Below are positions 20,013 through 29,333 of a stretch of DNA of 64,000 bases, one piece after another; within the stretch, counting starts at the first letter, position 1; every line of letters starts with the position of its first letter. The stretch spans positions 124,001-188,000 of the IMG/VR virus record IMGVR_UViG_3300044630_006293; one strand, given 5' to 3'. Below the pieces are notes generated by a model. The model did no database searches, was not told where the DNA came from, and was given only the letters and a program-made list of their open reading frames with translations. Position numbers and translations under genes: made by a program.

Positions 20013-20366
20013 CTACCGCATAATTTGATTTACTACACTGAATGTAGCATACGTATGTAGTGCAAGCATAGACAAAGCTAGCGTAAGAGCTAAAGTATTT
20101 GTACTTGTTAGAATAAGGAATAAGGCAATCAGAGTGTCTGCTGCCCAGTATGAAAGCAAAGTAGCTGCTTTAGTTTCTGTTTTAGAAAAAAAGCTTTTAA
20201 CAGAACCAAGAGTTCTACCAAAAGTTTTAGCGGTGCGAAGAGAAAATGATTTATTTTCATAGACATTATTATAAATTTGTGGAAAATATTTATTAATAAA
20301 ATCTACCATAACAGGATCTTCTGCAATTGTATTAATATCTAAAGAGTGTGTAGGAGTAAAAAACAT
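20013..20366 (-). CDS. hypothetical membrane protein
   Basis: 117 aa, hydrophobic C-terminus. Confidence 0.65.
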   Translation of the reverse strand: MFFTPTHSLDINTIAEDPVMVDFINKYFPQIYNNVYENKSFSLRTAKTFGRTLGSVKSFFSKTETKAATLLSYWAADTLIALFLILTSTNTLALTLALSMLALHTYATFSVVNQIMR

Positions 20367-20401
20367 TTTGAATCCTAGCTTGTAAAGTGTTTAAAAATAA
20401 A

Positions 20402-20435
20402 AGTCGGGAGGAGAGACTGAGCCCTCCTCCCAACT
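20402..20435 (-). terminator. probable intrinsic terminator
   Basis: agt.gggaggag...ctcctccc.act inverted repeat with T-run on minus strand. Confidence 0.6.
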
Positions 20436-20448
20436 TTGTATTTGAGTA

Positions 20449-22980
20449 TTAAAGATTACGGTTAGATGTAGTATGAACGATACCGGAATATTTAGAATGA
20501 TACTTCTGATATTCAATAATGTCAGTAAAAGTTTTTGATTCTTGATTCTCAGGAGAATAAGTCCAAGACTCAGGTTTTACTTGATTAATGGTAATAGTTC
20601 CATCAGGATTGCGATCAACAATTAATCTAGCTGCAATACCATAATGTTGAAGAGCACGCTCTAAATATGGATATACAACACGATTCATTACAATTTGATC
20701 ACTAATTTTACCACCAGAGGTAGTCATGTTTAGTGATACAGAGTAAAGGGCAAGAACAAAGTCATGCCTATCTTGTGGTTTAAGATTGCTCTCAATGGTA
20801 TCTATGATAGAAGTGTAAAGAGATTCCCAAGCATCTCTTTGAACTGCTGCATTATTTTGAATCAACTCAGGAGAATTTGCATTATAAATGCCCATTCGGA
20901 ACCTGCGTAGATGTGGTAATGCATGGAAGTACAAGCGTGAACCAAGTTGGTTAACAACTTCAGGTGGACGAGAATTTTCTTGAGACCAAGAAACTACTCT
21001 TTGACGGTAAGCTTGAAAATACTTAGAACACAAATCATAAATTTGAGTAATTTTACCATCATAAAGTTGAACTGACTCGTTTTCTTTCAATGAGTTTTGA
21101 AAGTTACGAGACTGCCAAAAGGCACGGTCGATTGGACGTCCAGATTCAATAACTTCACGAACAAGCTTTTTAGCTTCTTCGTCAATAGCAGCACGGTCAG
21201 CAGGGTCAACTGTTTGAGTGCAGCCATCAATGGCGTCTTCCAAAGAACAAAGTTGAACTTTGCGGTGATTTGGAAATACCATAGCATGAAGCATTGCTGC
21301 GTTGACATATCTGCCAACATTGCCACCATTCATAGCAGCTAATAAATCTGCCATTACTTGGTTTTGGTCATAGAATTCTGATACGTGAGCACTACTTTTG
21401 TAGTGAGTAGAAGGAAGACCTGAATAAGATACTTGTTTATTATTAATAGCCACGGAAAGGCGCATAGGCCATCCTCGTCCATTTATAACAGGAAACTTAA
21501 CAGGAGTTCCATCTGACATCATCCATGTTGGAGACCATTGATCTTCAACATATTTGAATACAGAATACTCGCCTTTGCCATTCGGAGAACGAATAGCAAT
21601 GACTACTTTTTGTCCGTCGAGTTCTCCGCCTTCAATCGTACGATAGAAGACTTTAAAGAAATCGTCGGCATCGTGGCCACCATGAGATTCATACATCTCA
21701 AGCCAATCAATATCGTCCACAACATGGACTCCAATTTCATTGATTCGCTTAATAGTTCCTGGACTTACATTTATATCATATCCTGCCATGCGAGCAATGG
21801 ATTCGGAAATGATTTGTTCGTAAACAGAACAAGGAATAGGTATGCGTTTTTGAAGTGGCATAGCGTGAGAGACAGCAAGGTTTTCGAAGAGCCACGGAGA
21901 ATCCGTAATCTTCATACCTGCAGCTACCCAACGATATGCAACATAATTCATTCGAGATTGAATTTCTTTATCTTCAATATCTTCAGAGTCTCGCCACATA
22001 CGCGTATATACAGACTTCCAGTTCTGCAATAGCTTACCATTAATTGCGTCTTGAAACATCTTTTCGTATTCTTCTTTGAGCCACATTTCCATGTCAGACT
22101 TGCGGAACAACTTGGGAAAGTTGATAACAGTCTGATCGTCGGTGATAACACGCAACTTTGGGCCTTGAGGCTCAGCCAATAAACGGTAGCCACCAGTATA
22201 GGTGACTTCCTTTTTGATATTGGCAGCAGAAGTAATAACGTCTACATCCAAAGGCAGATTGTCAGAAACAATCATATTGCCTTTTATGATACCAAGATCA
22301 CAAAGAATGCGAGCATTGTATACCTTAGATGTTGCAAGAAAGTCTTGCAAATGACGACGAATATTAGGATCGTAATAATATTCATCTGTGTCAGTAGACT
22401 TAGATGGTTCATATACAGGAAGGTTTTCAATTCCTGCAGCCATTAAACGGCTAGATACAATAAAGCATCCGTCGAGTAAACGTTCCAGTATATCTGGAGT
22501 GTTATACTCTGGAGCATCTTCATCATATATATATTTACTAAATTCAATAGGTTCAGCTATTTTAATATTAAGATTATCATAGTGTGCGTTGAAAAGAGTT
22601 GGGCGATGAAAAGATTTCATGCGCTTAGCACTTTTGCCACCGCCTTTAACAGTGAAGCCCATATGATTAAGCGTTGACATCCAGCCATTAGACTGTCCGT
22701 CAAGTAGTGTGACAACAAGTTTATTTTTGTCAACAATAGCATATTCTACGGAAGGATGACTAATGATGGTTTTAGCTTTCTGCATCTCTTCATCATTTTG
22801 AGGAATAGGCAAAGAAGCTACACGGTATTCAGAAAAAGATCCATTATCCATAGCGTCACGAAGAACTCCAATATCATAGAATCCAAACTGATAGTTATTA
22901 ACGGACCGAAGTGGTCCATTAGGTTTAGATTTAAGCCTGACGGCAGGGGAATAAGTACGGTTTGTACGGCGATTAACCAT
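20449..22980 (-). CDS. two-barrel (YonO/cellular RdRP-like) RNA polymerase-related protein, paralog 1
   Basis: R...GIIKGNM, S..NIKKE, GGHDADD, GNVGRYVN, EDAID in an order resembling RdRP/YonO motifs; shares these with 33174..35954. Confidence 0.55.
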   Translation of the reverse strand: MVNRRTNRTYSPAVRLKSKPNGPLRSVNNYQFGFYDIGVLRDAMDNGSFSEYRVASLPIPQNDEEMQKAKTIISHPSVEYAIVDKNKLVVTLLDGQSNGWMSTLNHMGFTVKGGGKSAKRMKSFHRPTLFNAHYDNLNIKIAEPIEFSKYIYDEDAPEYNTPDILERLLDGCFIVSSRLMAAGIENLPVYEPSKSTDTDEYYYDPNIRRHLQDFLATSKVYNARILCDLGIIKGNMIVSDNLPLDVDVITSAANIKKEVTYTGGYRLLAEPQGPKLRVITDDQTVINFPKLFRKSDMEMWLKEEYEKMFQDAINGKLLQNWKSVYTRMWRDSEDIEDKEIQSRMNYVAYRWVAAGMKITDSPWLFENLAVSHAMPLQKRIPIPCSVYEQIISESIARMAGYDINVSPGTIKRINEIGVHVVDDIDWLEMYESHGGHDADDFFKVFYRTIEGGELDGQKVVIAIRSPNGKGEYSVFKYVEDQWSPTWMMSDGTPVKFPVINGRGWPMRLSVAINNKQVSYSGLPSTHYKSSAHVSEFYDQNQVMADLLAAMNGGNVGRYVNAAMLHAMVFPNHRKVQLCSLEDAIDGCTQTVDPADRAAIDEEAKKLVREVIESGRPIDRAFWQSRNFQNSLKENESVQLYDGKITQIYDLCSKYFQAYRQRVVSWSQENSRPPEVVNQLGSRLYFHALPHLRRFRMGIYNANSPELIQNNAAVQRDAWESLYTSIIDTIESNLKPQDRHDFVLALYSVSLNMTTSGGKISDQIVMNRVVYPYLERALQHYGIAARLIVDRNPDGTITINQVKPESWTYSPENQESKTFTDIIEYQKYHSKYSGIVHTTSNRNL

Positions 22981-23051
22981 TTTGATTTACCTCCTAAAGT
23001 AAATAATGAATGAAAAAGATTTATATTTATGTTTTTTTTGTATAGAAATAA

Positions 23052-23489
23052 CTAAAGAGCTGAAAGCTTACGTTGTTTATTCTCATATATCTTTTTATTG
23101 AGGACACGAAGTCCCCAAATTGGAAAAGTAATAACACGAATAACTTTGTAGATAATTCTAAATAAATCTGAAAAAGCTGTAGTCCATTTATGGCGGGAGT
23201 TTTTCATTATATTTCCACCTAATTTCTTAGCCTGAGGACTATCATAATTCCAGTAAAGGAATTGATAACCAGGCACAGAGAGTACAGTTGATATTACACC
23301 TGCACCCATGGCAACAAGGCCAGCTGCACCAAATGCTATACCCATTACAAATGAAATAAACAATGAGTTTAATAAATTGAATAAGGGACTTTTGGCAGAT
23401 AGCCTACGCCATGCTGGAACTTTAGATGCAATCATCAACTCCAAAAGAGTTGAAGTGACTGCTAGGATTAACATCATTGAAAGTAGCAT
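23052..23489 (-). CDS. hypothetical membrane protein
   Basis: 145 aa with hydrophobic helices. Confidence 0.7.
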   Translation of the reverse strand: MLLSMMLILAVTSTLLELMIASKVPAWRRLSAKSPLFNLLNSLFISFVMGIAFGAAGLVAMGAGVISTVLSVPGYQFLYWNYDSPQAKKLGGNIMKNSRHKWTTAFSDLFRIIYKVIRVITFPIWGLRVLNKKIYENKQRKLSAL

Positions 23490-23577
23490 AATTCTCCTAC
23501 GTGTAGAGAGTTGATTTTTTAATTAAATATAAAATAAAAGTTTTTAAGATTTTTCTAGATGGTAATCTAGAGTAATA

Positions 23578-23811
23578 TGATTCATTTGAGTTATATGTTA
23601 TTAGTTAGTTGCTATGATTCATTTTCCTTTAATGGTACATAATTATTGAAGTTGATTCATTCTGCTTAAATGTTACATAATCATTGGGTGTGATTCATTC
23701 ACTTCATGTGTTACTTATTGAATATGGTGATTCATTTATCCGATGTGTTACTTGTCCGACTATCTGATTCATTCTACTTAAATGATACATAATCATGAGG
23801 TGTGATTTAAA
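23578..23811 (-). ncRNA. TIGR-type array (six 37-38-nt units; edge repeat AATGAATCA, loop repeat ~ATWAKTAACA, two 9-nt spacers per unit)
   Basis: tgattcatt at 23578, 23615, 23653, 23691, 23728, 23765 and degenerate at 23803; second repeat between two 9-nt variable blocks; immediately downstream of a Nop-domain gene. Confidence 0.88.
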
Positions 23812-23818
23812 GTTTAGA

Positions 23819-23840
23819 GTTGGGGGAATAAACCCCCAAC
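23819..23840. terminator. perfect hairpin between Tas gene and array
   Basis: gttggggg-aataaa-cccccaac. Confidence 0.55.
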
Positions 23841-23843
23841 TAA

Positions 23844-24701
23844 CTAAACAAATGGGTTATTAGGAATTGCAATCTCGTGTACATGATCGCCATGGGCAAT
23901 AATGTAGGGACGAGGTGCAGGAGTGCCATGATGAGCCTGATATGCTACAGCATGGTAGTGACTAAGGAAGATTTTTACAGCAAATCGTCTTGCTTGCGCG
24001 TCAATCTGAGCGTCAGAAAGTTTACCAGATTCTAAAGTCTTACGAGTTTGATTCTGTTTAAAGTTTTTCTTTTCTAAGATTGAACTAGCAAATTCAGAGT
24101 AATCTCCTGTTTGATTCTTCTCAGTACGGCGTTGTTTATCTTGCTTATAAAGCTTGCCATAGAAGCATTCTTCTTTGCCAGAGAATTTCATAAAACTCTG
24201 GCCAATTTTCCAGCACAAAGTTTTTAGTTCTGCGTTATAAGGACGCTTCTGTCCTTTCTCCCACACAACGGTGGGATCAAGCCCAGCATATCGCCAAACG
24301 CTACCTGCAGTAGGAGCTTTTGTGATATCGATATGTGATAGAAGTCCAGCAGCAAGTACGGGACCAATGCCAAATTGGCCAATGGCCCATGAACCTACAG
24401 TAGTAGATTCGGCATATGTCTGCAAAGGAGCCTTGAGAGACTTTTCCATTAATCGAAGATTGTAGGAAAGAAATTTCACAAGTTCACTTGGTGATTCTTG
24501 CTTCTCAAGCTCACGAGCCTGAGCAGCAAATGCCATACGATTTTCCTGGAGATTATAGTAGGCAGATACTACTTCACGCGCAGAGCGTGAATCAAGTTCA
24601 ACAGTTAGCGTACGAAGGTCTCGTGCAAACCGGTTGAACATAGGGAAGTCGAAGTCATTAGGATCGGTAGTTTCAGATAAATTTGATACGGGATTGTTCA
24701 T
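23844..24701 (-). CDS. tasA: TIGR-associated Nop-domain protein (TasA-like; IS110 C-terminal-domain homolog with no RuvC/HNH)
   Basis: GIGPVLAAGLL..ID...SVWRYAGLDP, YNAELKTLCW, AQARRFAVKIFL resemble the IS110/Nop domain; no DEDD motif seen; adjacent array. Confidence 0.8.
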   Translation of the reverse strand: MNNPVSNLSETTDPNDFDFPMFNRFARDLRTLTVELDSRSAREVVSAYYNLQENRMAFAAQARELEKQESPSELVKFLSYNLRLMEKSLKAPLQTYAESTTVGSWAIGQFGIGPVLAAGLLSHIDITKAPTAGSVWRYAGLDPTVVWEKGQKRPYNAELKTLCWKIGQSFMKFSGKEECFYGKLYKQDKQRRTEKNQTGDYSEFASSILEKKNFKQNQTRKTLESGKLSDAQIDAQARRFAVKIFLSHYHAVAYQAHHGTPAPRPYIIAHGDHVHEIAIPNNPFV

Positions 24702-24931
24702 GATGGTTCCTTGTATTGTATAAATAAAAAGTACTGTTATTCTTTGTATAGACTAGAATGGTTCTTCATCATTTTGTGGCAGAAAGATGATTAGATCATC
24801 ATCTGGAATTTCGCCAAACATTTTTTCAGAAATCCATTCTGGATCTAGCTGTTCATCTTGAGGGTTGGACATAGTTAGATAGCCTCTCTATGTTAAATAA
24901 TAATTAAGTTATTTCTTTGTATGAAAATAAA

Positions 24932-24963
24932 AAAGGGGAGAGTCAAAAGACTCTCCCCTTTTC
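24932..24963. terminator. bidirectional-type intrinsic terminator
   Basis: aaaaaggggagagtc-aaaa-gactctcccctttt. Confidence 0.75.
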
Positions 24964-24985
24964 TTGTATGAACTGATTACTTGTA

Positions 24986-25333
24986 TCAGTTAGTAAGCAT
25001 AATCCATACATCAAACATTTTGGTAGTGTCGTTGAACACTGAGGATGTTTGAGTACGTAGATTATCTTTAGCTGCTCGTGAGTACAGAGATGCACGAAGA
25101 GCAGCAAGATGTTTAGCTGTCATGATAGGAATTTCAATATGAAACCAAACGTTCCTGTTTTGTAGAAGCTCTCCGTAGATAGTTCCAATAACAGGATTGC
25201 GACGTCTGCCACGTCCAGCGTTGATCGGTGGTTCGCCGTTGATACGCTTAAGAAGTTTGGTAGGCTGTTGTGCAGCTGCAAACTTTCTTGGATTGCGATT
25301 CAATTGGGTTTCGGTACTTTCGATGATTGCCAT
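24986..25333 (-). CDS. hypothetical basic protein
   Basis: 115 aa; AAGGAG SD. Confidence 0.7.
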   Translation of the reverse strand: MAIIESTETQLNRNPRKFAAAQQPTKLLKRINGEPPINAGRGRRRNPVIGTIYGELLQNRNVWFHIEIPIMTAKHLAALRASLYSRAAKDNLRTQTSSVFNDTTKMFDVWIMLTN

Positions 25334-25387
25334 CGGTTGATACTCCTTGCTAATTACTGAGTTTAATGGTCAGATTTATGTATGAAC

Positions 25388-26242
25388 TTAAGAGGCTCTT
25401 ATACTCCAGTTGCCAAGTCTGCCTGAAGTATTGTGTAGAATCCAGCTAGCAAATAAAGCATTTGCTTCTGGATTATACAAGTCTTCTGGTTCATAGCCTG
25501 TATAGTCCCTTAACGTACGGAACCATGACGAGTTAATCTGCAAGAGACCATTGTCATAGGTTCCATTACTGTTTAAGGTCCATGTAATTTTGCCATTTTT
25601 AAATTTAGCATTTACTGCACCAGGGTTGCATCGTGATTCACGATATGCTATGTAAGAAAAGACTTTTACAGGAAGATTATACTTTCTGAAAAGATCTTCA
25701 TACTTTGGGCAGTACAAAGATTCATCGGTAGGAAGACTTACTGAGTAAGTATTCTTGTAATAAGGTTGAAGTTTCTTTGATACTAAGCATGGCCATGGTT
25801 CGTATCCGAGTGGTTTTTTATTATAGCGAATTCTTTGATAAAGAATAGGATCGCCAGCTTCAGATACTCTTTTAACTATGACAGTTTTAAAGCCAAGATT
25901 GGCAATACGATTAGCTATGAGAACTTGTTCATGTTTAGTGGCCTTGTCAGGAGATGGAGCAAATTGCTCCCCACCGTACATTTCCCACATTCCCATATCA
26001 GTATCGCCAAATTGGCCTTGATGTTGTATGGTCAAACCTCCGGCGTATTCACCGGATTTAGACCAATCTATTTGGGCAACTGATTTTCCTGTTCCACAGG
26101 ATGCAATCTGTTCCCAGTACTTAGTTGGTGCCCCCATTTTAAATGACACTTTTTTCCATGTTCCTGCCTGAGCAGGAGAGCTGGGTAGTGTCATAGATAT
26201 GAGGATAACAAGTGCTGTAATAATAGATGTAAGCTTGCGCAT
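25388..26242 (-). CDS. secreted cell-wall hydrolase: Rpf-like domain plus SLT/lysozyme-like domain
   Basis: Signal peptide; WEQIASC...YAGGL...W..YGG...A...EQV.IA (Rpf); AYRES...GLLQIN...YNPEAN (SLT). Confidence 0.85.
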   Translation of the reverse strand: MRKLTSIITALVILISMTLPSSPAQAGTWKKVSFKMGAPTKYWEQIASCGTGKSVAQIDWSKSGEYAGGLTIQHQGQFGDTDMGMWEMYGGEQFAPSPDKATKHEQVLIANRIANLGFKTVIVKRVSEAGDPILYQRIRYNKKPLGYEPWPCLVSKKLQPYYKNTYSVSLPTDESLYCPKYEDLFRKYNLPVKVFSYIAYRESRCNPGAVNAKFKNGKITWTLNSNGTYDNGLLQINSSWFRTLRDYTGYEPEDLYNPEANALFASWILHNTSGRLGNWSIRAS

Positions 26243-26343
26243 TTTGGTGTCGCTCCTTTCGTATTGGGTTTGCTAGTCTAAGTTGAAGACCAGCATTAGC
26301 ATCGCGCAGGTTGCGAAACCGAAGATGAACGGACAAATACGAA

Positions 26344-26439
26344 ATGCCCGCTCGACACTTAGCAGTGGTGCCTTCTCCGACTTCACAGTATAACTGTTAG
26401 GTGGGGATTCTCCCCCTGCCCGGATTGTGTTGCGGGCAT
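26344..26439 (-). promoter_or_regulatory. structured 5' leader, c-di-AMP (ydaO)-like riboswitch candidate
   Basis: 8-bp closing stem ATGCCCGC/GCGGGCAT; AATCC, GGGGGAGAATC and CTGCTAA elements; extended -10 TGCTATACT just upstream; precedes the Rpf gene. Confidence 0.45.
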
Positions 26440-26480
26440 GGTATTAGTATAGCACATTCGTGGGTTGGTTACACGTATGT

Positions 26481-26702
26481 TCAGTTATTTTCCTCCTGTT
26501 TGGGACTGACCACTTCTGCAAGAAGAGATTCAATTCTACTTATGGTAGAATTTAAATCATTGATCTTCTGAAGAAGTAATAGGAGAGCTTTAAGTATGTT
26601 TTCGGAATGTGGTTCCATAACATAAGCCTCCTTTAGATCAGTCAAACGGAACGGGCTGGTAGCTTTTAATAAAGCATCAACCCGTGCGCTAATCACACAC
26701 AT
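26481..26702 (-). CDS. hypothetical protein (true start probably MEPH)
   Basis: ORF; GGAGG SD before internal ATG. Confidence 0.45.
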   Translation of the reverse strand: MCVISARVDALLKATSPFRLTDLKEAYVMEPHSENILKALLLLLQKINDLNSTISRIESLLAEVVSPKQEENN

Positions 26703-26769
26703 TAGTGATGATTAGAAATAGTACCGTAGATTTTTAAATTATCTACAGTTTGATGAGGAAAAATGTAAA

Positions 26770-26988
26770 TTAATTAGCGTTGTATTGAGTGGAGATTACA
26801 GCTGCAAGTACACGATACTTGCCGGCAGAAATCTTCTCAAAACGATGTGAATTGTTTTTGATATGTGCATAAGCAGTTGGAGCAGTACATTGCACAGCTT
26901 CGATAATATCTGAAGGTGAAATGATTGTTCCAATTTTTGTATTAATATATGTTTCAATGATTGCATTGAATTTAGCTGGCTTTGCCAT
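26770..26988 (-). CDS. small protein, possibly winged-helix
   Basis: 72 aa; AAAGG SD. Confidence 0.6.
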   Translation of the reverse strand: MAKPAKFNAIIETYINTKIGTIISPSDIIEAVQCTAPTAYAHIKNNSHRFEKISAGKYRVLAAVISTQYNAN

Positions 26989-27192
26989 CTTTATGTTACC
27001 TTTCTGTCAAACCGCAAAGCGGTTGTTGTAGTTTTTTATGGTATATAAAGGTGTATAAATATGAGATTAAAAATACACTTTAAATTAAGTTATGTTAGTA
27101 TATCATAAAATGACATTACAAACATAGACAATTATAGTGTATTTAAGAGTAAAGGTATATAATATTAGAGGGTGAACAACGTTAGTTGTTGA

Positions 27193-27453
27193 TTATGGTT
27201 GAAGAGTAGTTTTATCTAGACTAATTCCATAAGCTTTGGCATTGTGCCAGTAAGCTTCTTTAAAGTAATGTAGTCCTTGTTCAATCTCTTGAATGAAGTT
27301 ATAATATGATTGTATCATATCTTCATTGGTGAAATCGAGATAAATGATTAACTCATTTAACTTATTCATTGATTGGCGAGCCAAGTCAACGGTGTTCATA
27401 AGATTTGAAAAGAGTTCGATTTTAGTTGATTCTAGTTGATCATAAGTTGTCAT
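27193..27453 (-). CDS. hypothetical protein
   Basis: 86-aa ORF. Confidence 0.6.
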   Translation of the reverse strand: MTTYDQLESTKIELFSNLMNTVDLARQSMNKLNELIIYLDFTNEDMIQSYYNFIQEIEQGLHYFKEAYWHNAKAYGISLDKTTLQP

Positions 27454-27471
27454 AAGATTTGGTTCCTGTGT

Positions 27472-27882
27472 TTAGTAAGCCGACTTCGCCGGCATAAATT
27501 TTGGATCACTATGATACAAGGTGATTGTACCATGTGAGGTGTATTGTTCTATTAGGTCAAATTCTTCAGTAGTGTGAATTAGACCTATGTAGTTTGTGTC
27601 TCTTTGAGAAGGATCTATGATCCAGGTAATACGGTATGTCTTACCTAGTTTTGCTGCACGTTGAATAGCTAGAGTGCCATAGTTTGATTCGTTAAGATCT
27701 TGTGTCATATAGATAATGTTTTTGCCAGATTTTCCAGGAAGTAAAACCCGGGAAAAGCTCTTATCTTCAGACTTGTAAACCTTATAGGTATTGCCAAAGT
27801 ACTGTACTTCATCACACATATCCCATAGGGAATTGTGTAGGGTTAAAAGCTCAGATATAACATCAGGCTTTTTAGTTGTCAT
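27472..27882 (-). CDS. hypothetical protein
   Basis: 136-aa ORF; AAAGGG SD. Confidence 0.7.
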   Translation of the reverse strand: MTTKKPDVISELLTLHNSLWDMCDEVQYFGNTYKVYKSEDKSFSRVLLPGKSGKNIIYMTQDLNESNYGTLAIQRAAKLGKTYRITWIIDPSQRDTNYIGLIHTTEEFDLIEQYTSHGTITLYHSDPKFMPAKSAY

Positions 27883-28679
27883 TATCTGGTCCCTTTCTAA
27901 AAAAAATAGTTAAATAAACTATTGAGTATTAAGATGCGGTTCCCAGAAATTTCTCTACGTTGTTAGGAGGTACAAAACCCAACGGAGAATCCTGTCAGTG
28001 GAAGATAGGTTGATGGAGCATTGTGGGGGTAATGCATATTATCAAATTACTGAGAACCACATCTCGATACTCAAGATGTTATGTTCGGGATTTTGTTTAA
28101 ACCGCCGGCAATGAAATATTATCTATTTGTCCAAGTAAGGAGTCAACTACTTCTAGATGCTCTAAGACATAAGATGCCTTAGGCAAAGAAGATAGTCGTA
28201 TCTTGTATTCGCTGAGAGCTATATAGAGTATATTTAGACTTTGTGGATCGCCGGCAAGAATCAATGCATTGTTCATTATTCTTTTATATATAGATATAAG
28301 TATAGAGTAAGTATATAGGGGAGTGATAGGTGGACAGGAGTGGGGGATAGTGGGGAGGATGCCCACATATGTTCCTGTTTTATATCCATTTTATATCCAT
28401 TTTATACTGAGGATTAATTAAATTATACTGGGTACCCCTTTGAGAGGTGACAATAATAGCTTTAATTTAACAATTATCTTAGCATTATGTTATCTCTATA
28501 TACAGTTCCTTATATACTCTCTATATATAGTCTATATGATATCTCTATATATAGGGGATAGATAGTGTGTTGTTGTTTGGCGGATTTGATAATAAAAAAT
28601 ATTATTATTTAAATAAGAAAACGTCCCAACTCAACTAACCACCAAGTTGAGAAGGAACGCTTTCACTAGCAATAAATTT

Positions 28680-28979
28680 TTACAATCGGAGTTCTACTCC
28701 ATACATCCGCTTGAAATCTCGTCTCATAGGATGAAGAGCCGATTCAGTTCCATGCGTTGTATACATTGGTCCATTGATACTCGGAGGGGGGAGTATCTTA
28801 TAGACCCCTGATTTACAGCGACTTACTTCGAAACCTAACCGTTGAAGCTCAGCCATGACATTCTTCATGGATTTTGACTGATGCTGTTTGGGCATCTGTA
28901 TTTCTCCTCTTGTAATCTGGTATATTGCCAGGTAAGACAAGTATATCAGTACATGAGGATGTTTGCAACACCCAGACAC
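28680..28979 (-). CDS. hypothetical protein (probable start MPKQ), HicA-like size and pattern
   Basis: LQRLGFEV...GVYKI...TTHGT; GAGGAG SD before MPKQ. Confidence 0.5.
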   Translation of the reverse strand: MSGCCKHPHVLIYLSYLAIYQITRGEIQMPKQHQSKSMKNVMAELQRLGFEVSRCKSGVYKILPPPSINGPMYTTHGTESALHPMRRDFKRMYGVELRL

Positions 28980-29176
28980 GACATTTCTAAGTTCGGCGGT
29001 CTGGGGCCTATTTTAAAAAATAATCATTTAGAAATGATCTTCTCACTTCGGCGGTCTGGGGTTTATAAATAAAAATAAAAAAGAATATTATCTAGTAAGT
29101 AGATACACTATATAAGCATACCTACTCACTAGATTTGTAATGTTCCGCGTTCTTTGCATGAATTAAAAAATAACAG

Positions 29177-29295
29177 TGGAGAAGGCAGGACTCGAACCTG
29201 CTAACAATCTATATAGATATATGGATATTATCGCCATGTTAACTTATGTTAAATGCGCATTATCTATTTAAGAGTTGTTATTCCCATACATCCCC
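29177..29295 (-). ncRNA. tRNA-Ala/tmRNA-like element: acceptor stem plus T arm, no normal D or anticodon arms
   Basis: T arm GCAGG-TTCGAGT-CCTGC, then CTTCTCC-A; 5' GGGGATG pairs with it (G3:U70 wobble, one mismatch). Confidence 0.35.
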
Positions 29296-29333
29296 GTGGG
29301 TGGACAGTTTATCTACATGTCCAGGTAGGAACC

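Noticed and set aside
23578-23811. CRISPR array
   Set aside because: Repeats are only 9-11 nt, of two alternating types with 9-nt spacers, and there are no cas genes.
23844-24701. IS110 transposase / mobile element
   Set aside because: No N-terminal RuvC DEDD motif or IS ends seen; the adjacent dual-spacer array fits TIGR-TasA better.
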